NCBI GenBank assembly: GCA_963667255.1
Contig: OY762940.1
Coordinates: forward strand, 1,523,897 to 1,587,896
Origin: Candidatus Cloacimonadota bacterium
GTDB taxonomy: Bacteria; Cloacimonadota; Cloacimonadia; G963667145
Direction of reading: 5' to 3'
Length of the DNA: 64,000 nucleotides
In this document: positions 58,818 through 64,000 of the stretch, piece after piece
How the letters are laid out: the number at the start of each line of letters is the position of its first letter
Numbering within the stretch: position 1 is the first letter of the stretch
The notes under the pieces: generated by a model
What the model was told of the DNA's origin: nothing
What the model saw: only the letters and a program-made list of their open reading frames with translations
Database searches by the model: none
Program-made: the position numbers and the translations under genes

Positions 58818-58906
58818 ATTTGTGTCAATACACTTTTCCAAAATTTTTATTTTTTTACACTGGAACTTTTTAGAACTTACTCATCTAAAAACAGATGTAA
58901 TCTTTT

Positions 58907-59533
58907 TTACGATGAAAAGTATTGAAAAATATTTACCTCATGCTGACACGCCATCAGAAACGAGAGCTCCATTTTCTTGCGAACAACCGCATCAGTTTTT
59001 TGCCAATTCTTATCGATAATCTGCACAAATCGAGAAATATATTCTGCATACGGCTCGCCAGAATATGTAGAGATAAAATCTTGATACTTGTTACTTCCTA
59101 CGCTCTCTGCAACCAAAAATTTCCCCAACTCCGCATATAGTAAATAGCACGGCAGAAAGGCAGTTATAGCCACCTCATAGCTTTCGATTTTTAGTTGCGT
59201 TTCCAAAAACATCCTGTAAATCAAAAAATTGGGTAGCTCAATTTTTGAACTGGCAACTCCGAACGAGGAGAAAAACTTTTCCTGCATCTCCGTCTCTATC
59301 TGCAAACAATCTTGCCTCATCTCCTCAAAAAAGAGCCTTTCTTTTTTGCTTTTTGCCAAGTTGGAAAGCTGACGAAAATGGTCTGCTTCTTTTCGCAAAT
59401 ATAAAGCATCTTGGGATAAATATTCCTGAAATATTTTTACAGGCAACTCTCCACTTACCAATTTTTGCACGAACTCACACGACTTGATTTCAGCCAAATA
59501 AGGCTCTGCCAACTTATAAAAATCAATCGTCAT
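58907..59533 (-). CDS. tenA: thiaminase II / TenA family
   Basis: YLSQDALYL, FLPCYLLY, YQDFISTYS, HEVNIF. Confidence 0.88.
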   Translation of the reverse strand: MTIDFYKLAEPYLAEIKSCEFVQKLVSGELPVKIFQEYLSQDALYLRKEADHFRQLSNLAKSKKERLFFEEMRQDCLQIETEMQEKFFSSFGVASSKIELPNFLIYRMFLETQLKIESYEVAITAFLPCYLLYAELGKFLVAESVGSNKYQDFISTYSGEPYAEYISRFVQIIDKNWQKTDAVVRKKMELSFLMACQHEVNIFQYFSS

Positions 59534-59535
59534 TT

Positions 59536-60342
59536 CTACTCCCAAAATTTGTGAAAATGATGAACCGGACCGTGTCCTTCTCCAAGAGTATAATCAGCTC
59601 CTACCTTGATAGCTTCGGACAGATATTCTCGTGCCAAGCAAACCGACTCCTTCAGCGAGTGTCCTTGAGCCAAAAACGCAGCCAAAGCCGACGAAAGCGT
59701 GCAACCTGTGCCATGCGTATTTTTCGTAGATAACCGCTTCGATTGAAGCAAATTAGCTTTCTTCTCCTCAAAATCGTAAAACACATCAACAAGTTCATCA
59801 TCCTGCAAATGACCAGCTTTCAACAAAACACTTACCTTATACCTCTCCGCCAACTCCAGAGCAAACTCTGGTAGTTGCTCTTGATTGGTAATTTTCTTAT
59901 CCAACAATATCTCCGCTTCGGGGATATTAGGAGTGATAATCCTCGCCAAAGGAATCAAGTCTTGTTGCAAACTGCAAATCGCCTCATCCTGCAAGAGTTT
60001 ATCTCCGGAAGTCGCCACCATCACAGGGTCTAAAACCACATTTTTGACAGCAAATTTGGAGAGCATCTCGGCAACAACCTTAATCACCTCGCTACTGTGC
60101 AACATCCCAATTTTAACGGCATCCGTGCCAATATCTTCCAAAACAGCAGAAATTTGCGAAGACAATATTTTTGCGGGTATCGGATGAATATCTCGAACTC
60201 CCAAAGTATTTTGAGCGGTAATCGCCGTGATGGCAGAAGTGGCAAAACACCCGCAAGCACTGATGGATTTGATGTCCGCCTGAATCCCCGCTCCACCTCC
60301 ACTATCGCTCCCCGCGATGGTCAACACTCTACGATATTTCAT
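59536..60342 (-). CDS. thiD: HMP/HMP-P kinase
   Basis: LTIAGSDSGGGAGIQAD, TAQNT, DPVMVA, HGTGCT. Confidence 0.96.
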   Translation of the reverse strand: MKYRRVLTIAGSDSGGGAGIQADIKSISACGCFATSAITAITAQNTLGVRDIHPIPAKILSSQISAVLEDIGTDAVKIGMLHSSEVIKVVAEMLSKFAVKNVVLDPVMVATSGDKLLQDEAICSLQQDLIPLARIITPNIPEAEILLDKKITNQEQLPEFALELAERYKVSVLLKAGHLQDDELVDVFYDFEEKKANLLQSKRLSTKNTHGTGCTLSSALAAFLAQGHSLKESVCLAREYLSEAIKVGADYTLGEGHGPVHHFHKFWE

Positions 60343-60343
60343 G

Positions 60344-61354
60344 TCATTCCCCTTTGTTAAAATGGTCAAAACCTTTAAATTTCAAATCAACAATTTCGCC
60401 GTTTTTTCGCCAAACGATTTTGTTCGGACAAGCACAAAGTTCGCCCACAATGTAAAAACTCTTGCCAAACTTTTTTCCGTAATCGTCCTGCAATTTGTGA
60501 ACTTCATCTCTCGCCACAGTAAATAGAAGCTCATAATCTTCGCCACCTGCCAAAGCCAAATCCAAAACCGACCAATTTTGCTCTGTGCAAACCTGCGATA
60601 ATTCCGCAGAGATAGGCAAATCGTCCAACCAAATCTCACAGCCCAAATCGGAAGCCTTGAGAATATGTCGCAAATCGGAAGCCAAGCCATCGGAGATATC
60701 CATCATGGCATGCACACAATCTCTTTTGCCCAAAAAAATCCCCTCAGTAACTTTCGGTTTAACATTGTTGTGGCTATCGACTAAAAATTTGCAATTGCCT
60801 TCAATTCCAATCTCTTGTAACAAGACTTGCAAACCTCCGGCGGAATCTCCCAAATATCCCGTAACGCAGACCAAATCTCCAAGCTGACTGGCAGAACGCA
60901 ATTTGGCTTTCCCCTTTGCCACCTTCCCTATCACGCACACATTGATAACGAATTTGTCCTTTGAGGAAGAGGTGTCTCCACCCAATAGTGGAATTTTGAA
61001 CTTTTCGGACAATTCGCGATACCCTCTCGTAAAATCCGTTAGATTTTCGGAATTGACTGATGACGGCACACCCAGAGACAAAAAAGAAGCGAAAGGAGTT
61101 GCTCCCATTGCAGCCAAATCGCTAAGATTGACCGCCAGAGATTTTTTCCCCAACTCATAAAAGCTAACCCTATCCAAAAGGAAGTGAACACCCTCCAAAA
61201 GCAAATCCGTGCTAACAACAAAATCTTCGTCCTCTCCCGCAGAAAAAACAGCACAATCGTCGCCAATTCCCTGCATTTCAGACGAACAAAGAGATGCAAA
61301 TTTTTTGGAGATGCTCTCTATGAAACCAAATTCGCCCAACTCTTTCAAACTCAT
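60344..61354 (-). CDS. thiL: thiamine-monophosphate kinase
   Basis: GIGDDCA, VNLSDLAAMG, GGDT, DISDGL, GGEDYEL. Confidence 0.96.
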   Translation of the reverse strand: MSLKELGEFGFIESISKKFASLCSSEMQGIGDDCAVFSAGEDEDFVVSTDLLLEGVHFLLDRVSFYELGKKSLAVNLSDLAAMGATPFASFLSLGVPSSVNSENLTDFTRGYRELSEKFKIPLLGGDTSSSKDKFVINVCVIGKVAKGKAKLRSASQLGDLVCVTGYLGDSAGGLQVLLQEIGIEGNCKFLVDSHNNVKPKVTEGIFLGKRDCVHAMMDISDGLASDLRHILKASDLGCEIWLDDLPISAELSQVCTEQNWSVLDLALAGGEDYELLFTVARDEVHKLQDDYGKKFGKSFYIVGELCACPNKIVWRKNGEIVDLKFKGFDHFNKGE

Positions 61355-61986
61355 TTTCTCTTACTCTTTGCGTTTCCCACAATCCTCTTGAGATTTTCGG
61401 CAACCAACCTGAGATTATTCGCAGACATTATCGCCGAAACAACAGCAACACCATCTGCTCCAGCCTCTATCACTCCGCTTGCATTCTCTTCATTAATCCC
61501 ACCGATAGCAACTCCGGGCAAGTTTGCCAAAGACGAAATTTCTTTCACACCATCCAAGCCGAGAGGCAACGAAATATCATCTTTAGTGTTCGTGGCAAAA
61601 ACAGGCGAAAAAGCGATATAGTCGATTGCTTCCAAATCCAAACACTGCTCGGCACTCTCAATGGACAAACCGATAATCTTGTCCTTGCCCAAAATTTTGC
61701 GAGCAACTGCACAAGGCAAATCCGACTGCCCAAGATGCACACCGTCAGCATCCACCGCCAAAGCAATGTCCAAGCGGTCATTTATGATAAGCGGAACTTT
61801 GAACTCTGCCAGCATTTTTTTCAAATCCATAGCCATCCGGTAAAACTGCAAACTGTCCGCCTTCTTCTCCCGCAATTGCACCATCGTCACACCGCCTTCC
61901 ACAGCTTGTCGCACAGTTGCCAAAAAATCTTTGCCCTGGAGCAAATCTCTGTCGGTTACCAAATACAAAGATAGGTCAAAATTCAT
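61351..61986 (-). CDS. thiE: thiamine-phosphate synthase
   Basis: LYLVTD, VQLREK, INDRLD, GVHLGQSD, AIGGI. Confidence 0.96.
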   Translation of the reverse strand: MNFDLSLYLVTDRDLLQGKDFLATVRQAVEGGVTMVQLREKKADSLQFYRMAMDLKKMLAEFKVPLIINDRLDIALAVDADGVHLGQSDLPCAVARKILGKDKIIGLSIESAEQCLDLEAIDYIAFSPVFATNTKDDISLPLGLDGVKEISSLANLPGVAIGGINEENASGVIEAGADGVAVVSAIMSANNLRLVAENLKRIVGNAKSKRK

Positions 61987-62783
61987 AACTCTCCCAAGCT
62001 CAATTTCCCTGCGGACAGCTGATAAAGCGTATCGATAAAAGCCACTTGGAAACTGCCAGAACCTTGCACTTTAGCTGATAGATAGCTTCCCACTTTGCCC
62101 ATCAACACGGTGCCGTTTACTACAGCCTGCAAATAATTTTCGTTCACTGCCAAAAACGCTCCCAGCAGAGCGGAAGCCGTGCAACCCATACCGGTTACTT
62201 TCGCCATAATCGCACTACCAGTATCGTTGTAAATCGTGCTCTCTCCATCCGTAACGATGTCCTGCTCTCCGCTCACAACCACCACACATTGCCGAGACGA
62301 AGCCAACAGCTTGGCGGACTCCAAAGCATCAACAGTGGAGTTGGCTGAATCAACACCTTTGCTCGCTACAGTCATCCCCGATAACGCCATAATTTCCGAA
62401 GCGTTCCCCCTGATAACAACAGGATTAACCCTGCTCAAAATCTCCGTTGCAACCTCGTTGCGATAGCTCGTCGCACCCACACCAACGGGGTCAAATATAA
62501 TCGGAATCGCCCGAGATTTTGCCTTTTCCCCAGCCACTATCATCGCCTCCACCCATTGCCTGCTGAGCGTGCCGATATTCAGCACCAAAGAAGAAGCGAT
62601 ACCAACCATCTCTTCCACCTCCTCCAAAGCGTGTGCCATCACGGGAGAAGCTCCAATCGCAAGCAGAGCGTTCGCCGTATTGTTCATCACCACATAATTG
62701 GTGATATTGTGCACAAGCGGAGCCGACTGCTTGATTTTCCACAAATCTTCGTTCAACAAAAATAGATTTCCCATAATAACCAC
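61983..62783 (-). CDS. thiM: hydroxyethylthiazole kinase
   Basis: PLVHNITNYV, GASPVMA, DPVGVGA, RGNASE, TGMGC. Confidence 0.96.
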   Translation of the reverse strand: MVIMGNLFLLNEDLWKIKQSAPLVHNITNYVVMNNTANALLAIGASPVMAHALEEVEEMVGIASSLVLNIGTLSRQWVEAMIVAGEKAKSRAIPIIFDPVGVGATSYRNEVATEILSRVNPVVIRGNASEIMALSGMTVASKGVDSANSTVDALESAKLLASSRQCVVVVSGEQDIVTDGESTIYNDTGSAIMAKVTGMGCTASALLGAFLAVNENYLQAVVNGTVLMGKVGSYLSAKVQGSGSFQVAFIDTLYQLSAGKLSLGEL

Positions 62784-63487
62784 TAACCTTTTTTAGCACA
62801 AATGGCGACATAATCTCCACAATCATAGCCGGCAATCGGCTCTTCTTGCACTACATTGGAATACAACGGATGTTTGGTAAGTGTCTGGGCAAACTCAAAA
62901 TCGGAAAATCCAGCTTCTTTCAACATCTCAATTTTCTCTTCAGTCGTTCGCCAATTGGCAACTTTAACCAACTCGAGAGGATACGGGTCTTGCGGATGTA
63001 TCCCCTGTAGCAACGAATGTTCCCAAGTCCCCAAACTCTTGGCAAGATTATACATAATCGCATAGGAACTCTCTTTGGGGACATCTATCACCACTATCTT
63101 CCCCCCAGATTTCAGAGCAGCATAACTCTTCGCAAAAGCCTTTTTCAAATCGGAGATATAACTCGGTGTGCCATTAAACAAAATCGTTTCGTATTCATCC
63201 TCTAGCAATTCCATCTCTTCAGCAGTCACGATTTTCACTTCCATCCCTCGTTTGCGGGCAATCTCCGCCATACTCACTGACGGCTCAATCCCGTATTTTA
63301 TATCAATATTGAAATTTTCGGATAGAATAGACTCAAAGATGCCACTACCACAACCAACAGAAAAAATCTTGGATTTTGCATCCAAAAAGTAGGCAACTAA
63401 TTTGGCTTCCGAATAAAGAAGATTTTGATTTTCCAAGAACCAAGCATCATAATCCGTAGCAAATTCATCAAACTTAAGATGCTTCAT
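62783..63487 (-). CDS. class I SAM-dependent methyltransferase heading the thi operon
   Basis: FDEFATDYDAWF, SVGCGSG, GIEPS; stop overlaps the thiM start. Confidence 0.88.
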   Translation of the reverse strand: MKHLKFDEFATDYDAWFLENQNLLYSEAKLVAYFLDAKSKIFSVGCGSGIFESILSENFNIDIKYGIEPSVSMAEIARKRGMEVKIVTAEEMELLEDEYETILFNGTPSYISDLKKAFAKSYAALKSGGKIVVIDVPKESSYAIMYNLAKSLGTWEHSLLQGIHPQDPYPLELVKVANWRTTEEKIEMLKEAGFSDFEFAQTLTKHPLYSNVVQEEPIAGYDCGDYVAICAKKG

Positions 63488-63608
63488 CTTAGCACCTCAC
63501 AAAGAGACAGGCAAATCCCAAACATAAACAACACTCTCCTCAAAATAAATTTGCCCCTTGTAAAGACACACGAAAATAATCAAAAATTTTTGCAACTAAT
63601 TTTGCAAA

Positions 63609-64000
63609 CTAAAATTTCAGCTCAAGTCCCACAGGACAATGATCGCTCCCCAAAACCTCAGTTCGAATGAAAGAGTCAGCCACATTCGGCATAAATTTCT
63701 CATTAGTAAAAAAATAGTCTATTCTCCAGCCTGCATTGTTTTGGCGAGCATTGAAGCGGTAACTCCACCAAGAATATTGCACCTTGTCAGGATAAAAATA
63801 TCTGAAAGCATCAACATATCCGCTATCAGTCAGCTTATCCATCCACTTCCGCTCAATCGGCAAAAATCCTGATCTCTCCGCATTAGCTTGGGGATTTTTC
63901 AAATCAATCTCCCGATGAGCCGTGTTGTAATCGCCACAAACAAGCAAATTTTTGCCACTGTCCACTATCTCGTTCATCTTCGCCAACATCACCTCATAAA
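63609..64000 (-). CDS. xth: exodeoxyribonuclease III (5' part outside window)
   Basis: CGDYNTAH, YSWWSYR, GWRIDYF, SDHCP. Confidence 0.95.
   Translation of the reverse strand, partial: YEVMLAKMNEIVDSGKNLLVCGDYNTAHREIDLKNPQANAERSGFLPIERKWMDKLTDSGYVDAFRYFYPDKVQYSWWSYRFNARQNNAGWRIDYFFTNEKFMPNVADSFIRTEVLGSDHCPVGLELKF

Noticed and set aside
58706..58906. Cobalamin riboswitch or Fur box before the FecCD-type importer
   Set aside because: AT-rich leader with no B12-box features and no GATAATGATAATCATTATC-like site; the 24-bp dyads explain it better
63488..63608. TPP riboswitch before the thi operon
   Set aside because: Conserved aptamer motifs are not present on the minus strand

Overview
A 64-kb chromosomal window from a low-GC, diderm (kdsB, heptose kinase, several beta-barrels), probably anaerobic bacterium (butyrate kinase, membrane PPase, Fe-ADH). 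An FCB-group/Cloacimonadota-like lineage is my impression only. Core genes: leuB-ilvD-ilvB, buk, rpmE-DUF1385-prfA, moaA, two tRNA-Leu, secG, lon, hppA, hldA, plsY, der, glyA, xerD, maf, lepA, mnmA, kdsB, miaB, a thiamine-salvage operon and partial xth. Accessory parts: an ArsR-controlled ars-like operon, a Mop protein, a HEPN/MNT pair and several AT-rich orphan genes. The best candidate for an undescribed system is an 11-gene minus-strand operon (47469-58828). It is preceded by two 24-bp ModE-like boxes and closed by a terminator. It encodes an outer-membrane barrel, a FecCD/MolBC-type importer with three binding proteins, a methyltransferase, a signal-less binding protein, a G3E GTPase, an orphan ABC ATPase and a radical SAM enzyme fused to a binding-protein domain. 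I infer a Mo/W-responsive uptake-and-processing pathway. Other notable points: AT-rich genes inserted between duplicated host signals (the rpmE promoter/RBS/first codons and the ilvB terminator), a tRNA-Leu with anticodon AAG at the secG locus, and a probable AUU start for maf. All calls come from reading motifs by eye; no database search was run.
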